This document shows positions 40,684-50,903 of a DNA stretch of 64,000 nucleotides, piece by piece. Source of the stretch: a virus (Duplodnaviria; Caudoviricetes). The stretch covers positions 96,001 to 160,000 of the IMG/VR virus record IMGVR_UViG_3300023170_004399, one strand, 5' to 3'. A program made the position numbers and the translations under genes. Position 1 is the stretch's first letter; the number at the start of each line of letters is the position of its first letter. The notes below the pieces were generated by a model, which worked only from the letters and a program-made list of their open reading frames with translations, was not told the DNA's origin and did no database searches.

Positions 40684-41610
40684 ATGCATGATAAACTAAA
40701 ATACCTACAGAAGATATTCGGCCCAATAAAAAAGCATGGTGGTAATGAGATCTCCGTGCGTTGTCCTTTTTGTTCTAAACCTGGTAGCACAAAGAAAAAG
40801 TTGGCTATAAGAACTGACACTGATTATTTTCATTGTTGGGTCTGCGATATAAAAGGTAGAAACTTAAGCTTTCTTATTAAAAAAGTTAATTCTGGTTTGC
40901 TATCAGATTATATTAACAAATTTGGTAATTCAAAATACTCTATAGAAAAAGAAGTTGTAGTTACTAAAACAGAATTACCTGAAGGTTTTAGATTAGTAAT
41001 GGAGTCTTTGTGGGACCCTGATGCTAAAGCAATAAAGAAATATTGTGAAGAGCGTGGAATAACAGAAGATCTTATGTGGAGATATAGATTAGGTTATACA
41101 AACAAAGATTTTAAGTTGAGAAACCGCTTAATAATACCTAGCTTTGATGTAGATGGTGATATTAATTACTGGGCAGCTCGCACAATACAAAAAGACAATA
41201 ATTATAAGTACTTAAACGCACAAATTAAAAAAACGAATATCGTTTTTAATGAAATAGATGTTGATTGGTCTAAACCATTGTTTGTAGTAGAAGGGCCCTT
41301 AGATTTGGTAAAATGTAAACATTTAAATGCAACATGCATATTAGGTTCAAGTCTTAAAGAGAATGATATGTTGTTTTACAATATTGTTAAAAATAACACA
41401 CATGTGATACTTTGTTTAGACATTGATGCGGAAAAAAAGAAAAATAAAATTGCTAAAAACTTAGTAGAATATAATGTAAACGTTTCACATGTCACTGTTG
41501 AAAATGGTGATATTGGTGATTTAAACCCAGATCAAGTTCTAGATGTTTATAAAAAATCAACACCATGGTCTGAAAAAAGCGCACTGTTGCAAAGGATAAA
41601 AATGTTATGA
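40684..41610 (+). CDS. DNA primase (DnaG/gp61-like; Zn finger plus TOPRIM)
   Basis: CPFC...HCWVC zinc finger; VVEGPLD and LDID TOPRIM motifs. Confidence 0.8.
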   Translation: MHDKLKYLQKIFGPIKKHGGNEISVRCPFCSKPGSTKKKLAIRTDTDYFHCWVCDIKGRNLSFLIKKVNSGLLSDYINKFGNSKYSIEKEVVVTKTELPEGFRLVMESLWDPDAKAIKKYCEERGITEDLMWRYRLGYTNKDFKLRNRLIIPSFDVDGDINYWAARTIQKDNNYKYLNAQIKKTNIVFNEIDVDWSKPLFVVEGPLDLVKCKHLNATCILGSSLKENDMLFYNIVKNNTHVILCLDIDAEKKKNKIAKNLVEYNVNVSHVTVENGDIGDLNPDQVLDVYKKSTPWSEKSALLQRIKML

Positions 41611-44600
41611 AGATTGTTCATATTGCTGATGTTCATTGGCGTGGTCTGACGCGTCATAAAGAATATAAAGATAGTTTCACAGACATGTTTAATCAATGTA
41701 AAATGATTAAGCCGGATGCAATCGTTGTAGCTGGTGACATTGTACATAATAAAACACAAGGTATTTCACCTGAGCTTATTGATTGCTTAAGATGGTGGTT
41801 TACTGAGATGAATAATATATGTGATACGTATGTAATGCTAGGTAACCATGATGGACTTGTACTTAACACTGATAGACAAGATGCCATCAGTCCTATTTTA
41901 AGAGCCTTAAATCTTCCAAATGTGCATTTGTATAGGGACTCCGGTGTTTTTCCTTGTGATAAGCTTGGAGTTAACTGGTGCGTATTCAGTCCTTTTGATG
42001 AATTGAATTACAGTAACGTTGTGCCAAAGAATAATGGCAATATAAATATTGCATTATATCACGGTGCTGTTTGGGGTTCACATACTGACACAAATTACAT
42101 GTTAGATGGTGAAACAGGAATGTCACTATTTAAACCATTTGACTTTACAATGCTAGGTGATATTCATAAAACACAACAACTTGATAAAGAAGGTCGTGTA
42201 TGGTATTGCGGATCTACAATTCAGCAAAATTATGGCGAATCCATGGACAAGGGTTTTCTTCTGTGGGACATTGTGGATAAAGATAATTTCACTGTTGAGT
42301 TTAAAAAAGTTAAACATAATGTTCCGTTTGTAACTGTAGATTGGGCTGGTGATATAGACAGTACTTCATTTAATTGTATGACTAACTGGCCAAAAAAATC
42401 TAGATTTAGAATAAGGGCATATGAAAATTTAGACCCTAAAACACAAAGAAAACTAAGTAACAAACTAAGAAGGGAACACAATGCAGAAGAAGTAGTATAT
42501 AAAATAGATTTAAGAAACGATAAAACAGGTTTAACAGTAGACCAAACAAATAAAGTAAAATTAGAAGACTTGTCAAATCCGGATACTCATAAGAGATTGT
42601 TAAGAGAATATTCTGCTGACGAATCTCACAAAGATGAGGTTTTTTGGAACAAGGTTGATAAAATAGTTGATGAGCTAGTGCCTAATTTAAAATCTATATC
42701 TGATTTTAGATCAGCAAAGTGGTCAGTAAAAAAGATGAATTTTGATAATACATTTGGTTATGGTAAAGATAACACTATAAATTTTAGCAAATTAAATGGC
42801 ATTGTAGGTTTGTTTGGCAAAAACCGGTGTGGAAAATCATCTATACCAGGAACATTAATGTATTCCTTGTTTAATTCCAACGATAGAGGTTTGACTTCTA
42901 TAATGCATGTAATAAACAATAGATCTCAGGAATGTAATGCTGATGTTGTTTTTACTGTTAATGGAAAACCATATAGGTTGGAAAGACAATCGGTTAGATA
43001 TAGAAATCCTCGAGGCGAAGGTGCTATGTCGTATCTAAACTTATTTGAAATAGACAATGATGAAAACATTGTTAGAGATTTATCAGGCGAACAAAGAAAG
43101 GACACCGAAAAATCTTTACGTGAATTGATAGGTTCCCCAGATGAATTTATGATGACTTCTTTTGCTGCGCAAGGTAATATGAATAATTTTATTAACAAAG
43201 GCGCAACTGATAGGAAGAAGACTTTGAGCTCATTTTTAGGTTTAGATGTTTACGATAACTTATCTTCTGTTATTAGAGAGGAATCCGCTGGCATTAAATC
43301 TTTGATGAAAAGATATGAGCAAAAAGATTGGGAAAAAGAAATTTTAGCATGTAAAGAAAATTTAAAAAATTTGGAAATTAATAAAGAAAAACTCAAGTTT
43401 GATATTGGTGAATTAACAGCGGAATATGATAAAATAAAATCAGAGGCCAAGAGTGAAAATAAAGATTTTGTTGATCCAAATTCTCTGATCAATTTGCAAA
43501 AACTTATAAAAAAAGAAAATAAGAAATTAGATAGTGTAAATGAAGAAATAAAAGATAAATCAGAACAAATATCAAAACAGCTAAAGTATATTATTGATAC
43601 TAAAAAAATATTAAATAATGTTGATATTGACTTTTGTCACAAAACGCTAGATTTAATCAATAGTGTTAATGCAAGTATTTCTAAAATAAAGATAAAATAT
43701 AGTAAAGAACACTCGTTATTAGATAATCAAAAAAAATCTGTTAAACTGTTAAACCAGGTACCCTGTGGTAATCAGTTTCCTACATGTAAATTTATAGCGG
43801 AAAGTCATAAGAATAAACTGCTCTTGTCAGAACAAAAAACACTGGTTAAAAGTTTAAAAGGTGATATAGATAACTTAAAAGAAAAAATATCGGAATATGA
43901 CGAAACTGAATTAAAAGATAAAATTAAGAAATATGATGCACTTAAAAACAAACTATCTCAGGTAAATAATAATATTGCATTACTGAAGGAGCAAATAATT
44001 TCATTAAAATATGCAAAAAAAGAAATAGAGAAATCTATTGCAATGAAAACAAAAGATGCACAGAACATTGAGTTGTTGTTAGAGAATAGCGATAATGCTA
44101 TAATATCAGCTATTAATAAAAAACTTGCAGATGTAACTACACAGAAGAAGCAAAAGAAGAATAAGTTGCATGTTGTTTTACAAAATATGGGCAGCGAGCA
44201 AAGACAAATTGAAAAACTGATCCAAGATCAAAAAGAGTTTGATGATTTGCAAGTTGAGTGGACAGTTTATGATTTTCTTTTGCGCGCAACTAGCTGGCGC
44301 GGTATACCTACCTTTATAATGGAAAAACAAATGCCTGTTATCAACCTAGAATTAAGCAGGATTTTAGAAGATGTAACTGGTTTTACTGTTGAATTAGAAG
44401 TAGATGAAAGGAACACTAATATATTTATCAATTATGGTGACAGCAGAAGACCAATAGAGTGTGGTTCTGGTATGGAAAAAATGGTTTCGTCAATGGCTCT
44501 TAGAGTTGCTTTGTCAAATGTGTCATCACTTAATAAATCAGATATGTTTATTGTCGATGAAGGTTTTGGTGCACTTGACCCACAAAATATTGAAGCTGTT

Positions 44601-44738
44601 AGTGGTTTACTAAAAAGATTTAAGAAATATTATAGGTTAATATTGATTATATCTCATGTCGATGTAATAAAAGATTCAGTAGATGACATGTTGGAGATTA
44701 CTAAAAATGGCAGAGACGCTAAAATATCATACGAATGA
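41607..44738 (+). CDS. Fused Mre11/SbcD nuclease - Rad50/SbcC ABC ATPase (gp47-gp46 fusion)
   Basis: Phosphoesterase motifs IADVH, AGDIVH, LGNHD, YHG, LGDIH; Walker A GKNRCGKS; signature GSGMEK; Walker B FIVDEGFGALD; ISH loop; all in one frame. Confidence 0.9.
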   Translation: MKIVHIADVHWRGLTRHKEYKDSFTDMFNQCKMIKPDAIVVAGDIVHNKTQGISPELIDCLRWWFTEMNNICDTYVMLGNHDGLVLNTDRQDAISPILRALNLPNVHLYRDSGVFPCDKLGVNWCVFSPFDELNYSNVVPKNNGNINIALYHGAVWGSHTDTNYMLDGETGMSLFKPFDFTMLGDIHKTQQLDKEGRVWYCGSTIQQNYGESMDKGFLLWDIVDKDNFTVEFKKVKHNVPFVTVDWAGDIDSTSFNCMTNWPKKSRFRIRAYENLDPKTQRKLSNKLRREHNAEEVVYKIDLRNDKTGLTVDQTNKVKLEDLSNPDTHKRLLREYSADESHKDEVFWNKVDKIVDELVPNLKSISDFRSAKWSVKKMNFDNTFGYGKDNTINFSKLNGIVGLFGKNRCGKSSIPGTLMYSLFNSNDRGLTSIMHVINNRSQECNADVVFTVNGKPYRLERQSVRYRNPRGEGAMSYLNLFEIDNDENIVRDLSGEQRKDTEKSLRELIGSPDEFMMTSFAAQGNMNNFINKGATDRKKTLSSFLGLDVYDNLSSVIREESAGIKSLMKRYEQKDWEKEILACKENLKNLEINKEKLKFDIGELTAEYDKIKSEAKSENKDFVDPNSLINLQKLIKKENKKLDSVNEEIKDKSEQISKQLKYIIDTKKILNNVDIDFCHKTLDLINSVNASISKIKIKYSKEHSLLDNQKKSVKLLNQVPCGNQFPTCKFIAESHKNKLLLSEQKTLVKSLKGDIDNLKEKISEYDETELKDKIKKYDALKNKLSQVNNNIALLKEQIISLKYAKKEIEKSIAMKTKDAQNIELLLENSDNAIISAINKKLADVTTQKKQKKNKLHVVLQNMGSEQRQIEKLIQDQKEFDDLQVEWTVYDFLLRATSWRGIPTFIMEKQMPVINLELSRILEDVTGFTVELEVDERNTNIFINYGDSRRPIECGSGMEKMVSSMALRVALSNVSSLNKSDMFIVDEGFGALDPQNIEAVSGLLKRFKKYYRLILIISHVDVIKDSVDDMLEITKNGRDAKISYE

Positions 44739-44976
44739 AAAAGTGTGGACTAAAAAAGATAATGTTATAATTATAAAACCTAAAGGCTGGGCAGCTGAAA
44801 TCGATTGCCCAGTTTGCAATTTAGCATTACAGTCAGAGAAAGACTGTGTTTTTTTAAAAAAAGAAGGATGCTGTTATCTATGTTGTCTCCATTTTAAATT
44901 TCCTCAAAGGGAAAAATGGGAAAATGGCTGGAGACCTACAATTAATGAGGCAAGAAATAAAATAAACAATAATTAG
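44707..44976 (+). CDS. Small Cys-rich putative zinc-binding protein
   Basis: CPVC...DC...GCCYLCC and KWENGWRP; start moved to ATG 44707. Confidence 0.6.
   Translation: MAETLKYHTNEKVWTKKDNVIIIKPKGWAAEIDCPVCNLALQSEKDCVFLKKEGCCYLCCLHFKFPQREKWENGWRPTINEARNKINNN
44969..44975 (+). promoter_or_regulatory. Candidate late promoter ATAATTA (terminase unit)
   Basis: 32 nt before ATG 45001. Confidence 0.4.
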
Positions 44977-45000
44977 TAGTGTTACTATGGAGAATAAGTC

Positions 45001-45402
45001 ATGAAACTTGAACACGTACGCGCTTTAAATCAAATTCTAGATGCAACTTTTGGCACTCAGTCTATGTCTAATGCAGGTCATGCTGTCAGACATAAATTAC
45101 TTACTGGTGTTAAAGGTGAAACTAAGTTAGAAATTAGATTTGAATCTATTTGTAATTGGAACCCACGTATTGGTATGGATATGCAGAAAAAAGAATTAGA
45201 TGCACAATCTATTAAAGCAATCAATGAAAAAATTAAAGATTGCAAAAAAGAATTTAGAGAGATAACTGGTGTAACTTTAAAAATTACAGCTGATCCTATT
45301 CAAGATGCTATTGTCGAACATATTTCACATAATCCATCTTTAATTAGGGCCAAGTATTATCGTTGTAACACTTATGTTATAAATTTATCACAATTTGATT
45401 AA
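45001..45402 (+). CDS. Hypothetical protein (133 aa) directly upstream of TerL
   Basis: GGAG RBS; stop is 3 nt before the TerL start. Confidence 0.7.
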   Translation: MKLEHVRALNQILDATFGTQSMSNAGHAVRHKLLTGVKGETKLEIRFESICNWNPRIGMDMQKKELDAQSIKAINEKIKDCKKEFREITGVTLKITADPIQDAIVEHISHNPSLIRAKYYRCNTYVINLSQFD

Positions 45403-45405
45403 AAT

Positions 45406-47001
45406 ATGAGTACACATAAACAGAAGCAAATAGCAGAAATTATAAAATGTGGAAAGAATCCAGATTATTTTTTTAACAAATATGTTAAAATTCAACATCC
45501 GGAAAGAGGATCTATACCATTTAAAACCTATGATTTTCAAAATGATTGTGTTGATGCATTTAGGGAGCATAGGTTTAATATAGTTTTAAAAAGCCGGCAG
45601 TTAGGTTTATCTACTATAGCTGCGGGTTATGTTGCATGGTTAGCTGTTTTTCACAAAGATAAAAATATATTGATTATTGCTACTAAACTTAGTGTAGCAC
45701 AAAACTTTATAAAAAAAGTCAAATTTATAATAAAGTCAATGCCTAATTGGCTTTTGCTGCCTGAGATATCTGGAAACAATAAACAAACAATAGAGTTTTC
45801 TAATGGATCAGTTATCAAAGCTGTGCCAACTTCTGATGATGCTGGTCGTTCGGAAGCTTTGTCTTTGCTAATAGTAGATGAAGCTGCGTTTGTAAGAAAC
45901 TTTGATACTATATGGACTGGTTTATATCCAACGCTGTCAACTGGTGGTAGTGCAATTATACTTTCAACTCCAAACGGTGTTGGTGGTCAATATTATGATT
46001 TATGGATTGGTGCAACAAATAAAACAAATGTTTTTAATCCAATAAAATTAATGTGGGACGTGCATCCTGATCGGGATGATGAATGGTTTGAAAATGAAAC
46101 CAGGAACATGACGCAGAAACAAATTGCGCAAGAGCTATTATGCGATTTTCAATCTTCTGGTGAAACTTTTATAAGGCCAGAAGATATAGAATATATGTTA
46201 AGCTGGATAAAACCGCCTATTGAAAAATGGGGTCCAGATAACAATGTTTGGGTATGGAAATATTCTTTATCGGAAAAAAAATATATCATTAGTGCGGATG
46301 TAAGTAGAGGTGATTCTAAAGATTTTTCTACTTTTCATGTAATTGACACAGAAAACAGTGAAATAGTTTGCGAATACAGGGGTTTAGCACCACCCGATCA
46401 ATTTGCGCAAATTTTAGCAGAAGCCGGGAAAAGATACAATAATGCTTTAATATGCCCTGAAAACAATTCTTATGGTTATGCTTTGATTATGAAGATGGTT
46501 GAATTAGATTACAAGAATATGTATTACGCATCTGAAAAAGATAGATATGCAGCATTATATGGGTCAGTGGATATAGGAAAAATAGGTTTTCAAACTAACT
46601 CAAAAACTAGGCCGCAAATCTTAACAAAACTAGAAGAAGTACTGCGTACAAAACAAATTAAAGTATATTCAGAAAGGTTGTATGAAGAATTAAAAACTTT
46701 TGTATGGGTTGGTAAAAAAGCGCAAGCAAGAAAAGGTTGTCATGATGACTTAGTCATGGCACTAGCTATTGGTGTGTGGTTGTATGATACATCACCACAG
46801 TTATCGAAACAAGGGTTTGATGTAAATAAAGCAATGTTAGGTGCTTTTTCTGTTAACTCTGTGAAGTTTAATGATACAATATTAGACCAGGAAAATAAAA
46901 ACACTACTGATGTCAAAGATTCTAATGGCAGACATGTAAGAATTGTAAAAGATCCAAGGTTATCTAATAAAGATGATGATGAATTTAACTGGTTGCTATA
47001 A
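45406..47001 (+). CDS. terL: Terminase large subunit (T4 gp17-like)
   Basis: Walker A LKSRQLGLST, Walker B LIVDEAAF, STPNG, nuclease SADVSRG and HDDLVMALA. Confidence 0.95.
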   Translation: MSTHKQKQIAEIIKCGKNPDYFFNKYVKIQHPERGSIPFKTYDFQNDCVDAFREHRFNIVLKSRQLGLSTIAAGYVAWLAVFHKDKNILIIATKLSVAQNFIKKVKFIIKSMPNWLLLPEISGNNKQTIEFSNGSVIKAVPTSDDAGRSEALSLLIVDEAAFVRNFDTIWTGLYPTLSTGGSAIILSTPNGVGGQYYDLWIGATNKTNVFNPIKLMWDVHPDRDDEWFENETRNMTQKQIAQELLCDFQSSGETFIRPEDIEYMLSWIKPPIEKWGPDNNVWVWKYSLSEKKYIISADVSRGDSKDFSTFHVIDTENSEIVCEYRGLAPPDQFAQILAEAGKRYNNALICPENNSYGYALIMKMVELDYKNMYYASEKDRYAALYGSVDIGKIGFQTNSKTRPQILTKLEEVLRTKQIKVYSERLYEELKTFVWVGKKAQARKGCHDDLVMALAIGVWLYDTSPQLSKQGFDVNKAMLGAFSVNSVKFNDTILDQENKNTTDVKDSNGRHVRIVKDPRLSNKDDDEFNWLL

Positions 47002-47017
47002 AAAATAATAGTGTAGT

Positions 47018-47024
47018 ATAATTA
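47018..47024 (+). promoter_or_regulatory. Candidate late promoter ATAATTA (portal unit)
   Basis: 22 nt before ATG 47040. Confidence 0.4.
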
Positions 47025-47039
47025 TATGTGAGGGTTATT

Positions 47040-49031
47040 ATGGCGGAAGAAACACTATTCAACAGATTAACGAAGCTTTTCAGATCTGGGCCTACAATTA
47101 AAAGAAAGGTTAGGACATATACTAAAGCAGATAAAAATGCTAGCTCGGCTGTTGAGTTATTTAAAAAACATCACTCTGATGTTTATAACACTACATTAAG
47201 TGCTTATGGCACATTCGATAGAATGGCTAGATATAGTGATTTTTCAGAAATGGAAAGTACGCCAGAACTAGCCTCAGCTCTTGACATATATGCAGAAGAG
47301 ACTGTTTCACAAGATGCTGAAGGAAGAGTTTTGCACATATATTCTGACAATAGAATAGTGAAAGAATTATTAGAAACACTTTTTTACGATACTCTTAACA
47401 TTGATTTTAACCTGGTTATGTGGGTTAGAAACTTGTGTAAGTATGGTGACTTCTTTCTTTTTAATGATGTGCATCCGGAATACGGCGTTATTAATGCATA
47501 TCCTATACCTATAACTGAAATCGAGCGTGAAGAAGGTTATGATGCAGATGATCCTTCAGCTGTTAGGTTTAGATGGATAACACAAGGCAATCAGACTTTA
47601 GAAAACTGGCAGATTACACATTTTAGGCTTTTGGGAAATGATGCATTTTTACCATATGGGTCATCTGTGCTGGAATCAGCTCGTAGAATATGGCGACAGC
47701 TTATATTAATAGAAGACGCTATGTTAGTATATCGTGTAATCAGGGCGCCTGAAAGACGTGTTTTTTATATTGATGTTGGTAATGTGCCGCCAGAAGATAT
47801 AGCAACATACGTAGAGCAAGCAAAAACTAGTTTAAAAAGAGACTCTGTTGTTAACAAAACAACTGGCCAAGTAGATTTAAGATATAATCCAATGGCTGTC
47901 GATGAAGATTACTTTATCCCAGTAAGAGGTGGTGATTCTGGTACTAGGATTGATAATTTGGCTGGTGGGCAAAATGCTTCTGCCATTGAAGATGTACAAT
48001 ACGTGCAGAAAAAACTGTTTGCTGCGCTTAAGATACCAAAAGCTTATTTAGGGTATGATGAAGACACAGGTGCTAAAGCGACATTGGCACAAGAAGATGT
48101 TAGATTTAGTAGAACAATTCAGCGTATTCAGAAAACTGTTATTGCTGAGTTAAATAAGCTAGCCATGATACACTTGTATTCGCATGGGTTTGAAGGTGAA
48201 GAGTTGTTAAACTTTTCATTAAGTTTGTCTAATCCATCTTCTTTAGCACAACAACAAAAGCTTGAATTAATTAAGACTAAGTTTGATATTGCTGGAAGTG
48301 CACCTGAAGGAATGGTGTCAAAAACATGGTTATATAAAAATGTTTTTTCATTTACTAAAAACCAAATTGAATTAATTCAAAAGCAAAAAATGAAAGAGAA
48401 ATTAGATGATGCTGCATTAGAAGCTGCTGGGAGTGCTGGTGGAGAGGAAGGTGGTGATGCTGGTGGAGACGCTGGTGGAATGGGTGGTTTGTTTAGCGGA
48501 GACAAACCTGAGGGACCATTGCTTAATAATTTAGCTGCAGACAATTTTAGAGAGTCGGAAGCTGTTGTTGGTGATCTAATAGATGAAGATGAAGACGAAG
48601 ATATCGATTTTGTATATGATAAAATAGACAACTATAAAATACAGCCGGAAAAATCTGTTAAGAAAAATGTTTTTGGTGAACCATTAAAAACTAGTCGCAA
48701 AAGAGAAAAGAAAGAAACTTTGTCACCGGGTAAACTATCCGGGATGAACATGGTTAGTGTAACTAGTAACAGAAACACAACAAAAGAGTTTTTAAAAAAT
48801 CCTTTTGGTAACATATATGGAGAAAATTTGCGTTTAGCAGATTCAATTTTAGGTTTTGATCAAGAAGAAGAGGAAGAAGATACATATATAGGTTATAGAC
48901 CAGTTATGGATTATTCTATACAAAGAATGTTTGAGAAAATGAATTCTAAGTTTGGTGTTAAGAAGTTAATAAAAGAAAATAAAGATGAAGAGTTTGAAAT
49001 AGATATTGATTTGGAGGATCAGGATGACTAA
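47040..49031 (+). CDS. gp20: Portal protein (T4 gp20-like) with acidic C-terminal extension
   Basis: YRVIRAPERRVFYIDVGNVP, EDYFIPVRGG, ALKIPKAYL signatures; start moved to ATG 47040. Confidence 0.93.
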   Translation: MAEETLFNRLTKLFRSGPTIKRKVRTYTKADKNASSAVELFKKHHSDVYNTTLSAYGTFDRMARYSDFSEMESTPELASALDIYAEETVSQDAEGRVLHIYSDNRIVKELLETLFYDTLNIDFNLVMWVRNLCKYGDFFLFNDVHPEYGVINAYPIPITEIEREEGYDADDPSAVRFRWITQGNQTLENWQITHFRLLGNDAFLPYGSSVLESARRIWRQLILIEDAMLVYRVIRAPERRVFYIDVGNVPPEDIATYVEQAKTSLKRDSVVNKTTGQVDLRYNPMAVDEDYFIPVRGGDSGTRIDNLAGGQNASAIEDVQYVQKKLFAALKIPKAYLGYDEDTGAKATLAQEDVRFSRTIQRIQKTVIAELNKLAMIHLYSHGFEGEELLNFSLSLSNPSSLAQQQKLELIKTKFDIAGSAPEGMVSKTWLYKNVFSFTKNQIELIQKQKMKEKLDDAALEAAGSAGGEEGGDAGGDAGGMGGLFSGDKPEGPLLNNLAADNFRESEAVVGDLIDEDEDEDIDFVYDKIDNYKIQPEKSVKKNVFGEPLKTSRKREKKETLSPGKLSGMNMVSVTSNRNTTKEFLKNPFGNIYGENLRLADSILGFDQEEEEEDTYIGYRPVMDYSIQRMFEKMNSKFGVKKLIKENKDEEFEIDIDLEDQDD

Positions 49032-49866
49032 AAAATCCCACAACAAAAAACGAAATGTCGGGATTGTCTACGAACAACTAGTGTATACACTTAGCAAAGC
49101 ATTAGTCGAAGATAATTTTATAACGGCAAATAACACAAAAAAAATTATTAAAAAATTTTTTAAACCAGGTACTGAACTTTATAAAGAACATAAATTATTT
49201 AAAGCTTTGGTCAATGTTGAAATAAAAGATGGCAGTTTAGCAACAAAGATCTTAGAAGAAGCAAAATATGCCAGTAAGAATTTTAATGCTAGTTTACTTA
49301 ATAAAGAAAAATCAAGATTGATAAAAGAAATTAATTACACTTTGGGTAAAGAAGTATATAGCAGTAAGTTGTCTCAATACAAAAAGTTTGCCACAGTCCA
49401 ATCAACTTTAGATATGTGGAGAACAAAAAACCCTGATATATCTAAATTAGCATTGTACGAGTCCAAATGCCATGATATTCTCATGGAAGCTAAGGTTGAA
49501 ACTGATTTAGAAACTTTGAAAACACCGGAAGCGGAAACGTTAGTTGTTAAAATTATGACAGAAAAGTTTAACCAAAAATACAAAAATTTAGATGATACTC
49601 AAAAAATGTTGATTAAAGAATATGTATTTTTCCAATCAGGTCAAAAAAATAGTTTTTTACATGCTATTAAAAATATTAAGCAGAAAACGCTTAACGAAAT
49701 ATCTAGATACAATGTTTCTAGTACTAATAAGTTTGTTAATACTAAGTTAAATGAAGTTAAAAATGATATAGAAAAAATCGATGTAGCTAACGTTAAAGAT
49801 GATACAATTGCTAAGTTTATGCAGATGTGTCAGTTAGTACAGGAACTGGAGACAAATGATGAGTAA
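49024..49866 (+). CDS. Hypothetical head-region protein (280 aa)
   Basis: SHNKKRNVGIVYEQLV N-terminus; helical; between portal and protease; start ATG 49024. Confidence 0.7.
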   Translation: MTKKSHNKKRNVGIVYEQLVYTLSKALVEDNFITANNTKKIIKKFFKPGTELYKEHKLFKALVNVEIKDGSLATKILEEAKYASKNFNASLLNKEKSRLIKEINYTLGKEVYSSKLSQYKKFATVQSTLDMWRTKNPDISKLALYESKCHDILMEAKVETDLETLKTPEAETLVVKIMTEKFNQKYKNLDDTQKMLIKEYVFFQSGQKNSFLHAIKNIKQKTLNEISRYNVSSTNKFVNTKLNEVKNDIEKIDVANVKDDTIAKFMQMCQLVQELETNDE

Positions 49867-50467
49867 TCTAAAAGTACTTACAGAGTGGGCACCATGGGAT
49901 TTTGATAAAGATAAAATGCTGCAAGAGAGAGCAAAGGGTGATGGAAAATACATCATGAGAGGAATTCTTCAAAAAGCTAATACGTTAAATCAAAACGGCA
50001 GAATATACCCATTAGAAATTTTAGAAAGAGAAGTTAGAAATTATCAAAAATTTATTGCTGAAAACAGAGCCTTAGGCGAGTTAGACCACCCTGATTCTAG
50101 TGTTGTTGAGCTGAAAAACGCATCACACATTGTCAGAGAAGCATATATGGAAGGTGATATATGTTATGGCACAGTGGAAATTTTAGACACGCCATCTGGG
50201 AAAATATTGCAATCGCTTATTGACACTGGAGTTACATTAGGGATATCTTCACGTGGTGTTGGATCAACTAGAAGAGAAGGTGATAATCAAGTTGTGCAGG
50301 ATGATTTTCAATTAATTTGTTGGGACTTCGTTTCTGAACCATCTACACCGGGCGCATTTATGATGAAAGAAGGTAAAGAAGTTAGTAAAAAAGATTTAAA
50401 TAAAAGATTTAATAAATCAGATAGAATAGATAGAATCTGTAATGATATCTTAAGTTGGAGAAAATAA
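49856..50467 (+). CDS. gp21: Prohead protease (T4 gp21-like)
   Basis: NQNGRIYP, ALGELDHP, ASHIV, TPSGKIL, LGISSRGVGS, WDFVSEPSTPGAF. Confidence 0.93.
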   Translation: MMSNLKVLTEWAPWDFDKDKMLQERAKGDGKYIMRGILQKANTLNQNGRIYPLEILEREVRNYQKFIAENRALGELDHPDSSVVELKNASHIVREAYMEGDICYGTVEILDTPSGKILQSLIDTGVTLGISSRGVGSTRREGDNQVVQDDFQLICWDFVSEPSTPGAFMMKEGKEVSKKDLNKRFNKSDRIDRICNDILSWRK

Positions 50468-50469
50468 TA

Positions 50470-50883
50470 ATGGCTTATTTTGATATAGATAAAAGATTAG
50501 ATGGCACCTTGCCTGCTTTTACGGGTTCACAACAAAGCATGAGTTCAGGCTTGTTTAATGTACCATCGTATCAAGTATCTGGTATACCTTTAGTAAAAGC
50601 TTACACTGGCGCACAGTCAAACGTAAACCTAAGTTTTGAAACTATAAGTAGATGGATAATTGTAAGTGCTACTGGAGGAAATGTACAGTTAGCTTTTACT
50701 GAAGGTGGCATCGGTAGTGGTAATTTTATTACTGTGCCTAGTGGTGAAATGTCACCTAGAATTGAAGTAATGACAAATGGTATTTGGTTTACTTCTGTTG
50801 GTGACTGTCAAATCATGGCAGGTTTGACTTCAAATATCCTGTCTGGCAGTGCTCTTAATCTAACAAACTTCTCGGATGTTTAA
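50470..50883 (+). CDS. Small beta-rich head-region protein, possible capsid decoration protein
   Basis: GLFNVPSYQVSGIP..MAGLT; Gly/Ser-rich beta pattern; start ATG 50470; role inferred from position. Confidence 0.5.
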   Translation: MAYFDIDKRLDGTLPAFTGSQQSMSSGLFNVPSYQVSGIPLVKAYTGAQSNVNLSFETISRWIIVSATGGNVQLAFTEGGIGSGNFITVPSGEMSPRIEVMTNGIWFTSVGDCQIMAGLTSNILSGSALNLTNFSDV

Positions 50884-50903
50884 TAAAATATTATGGAGGC
50901 CAC

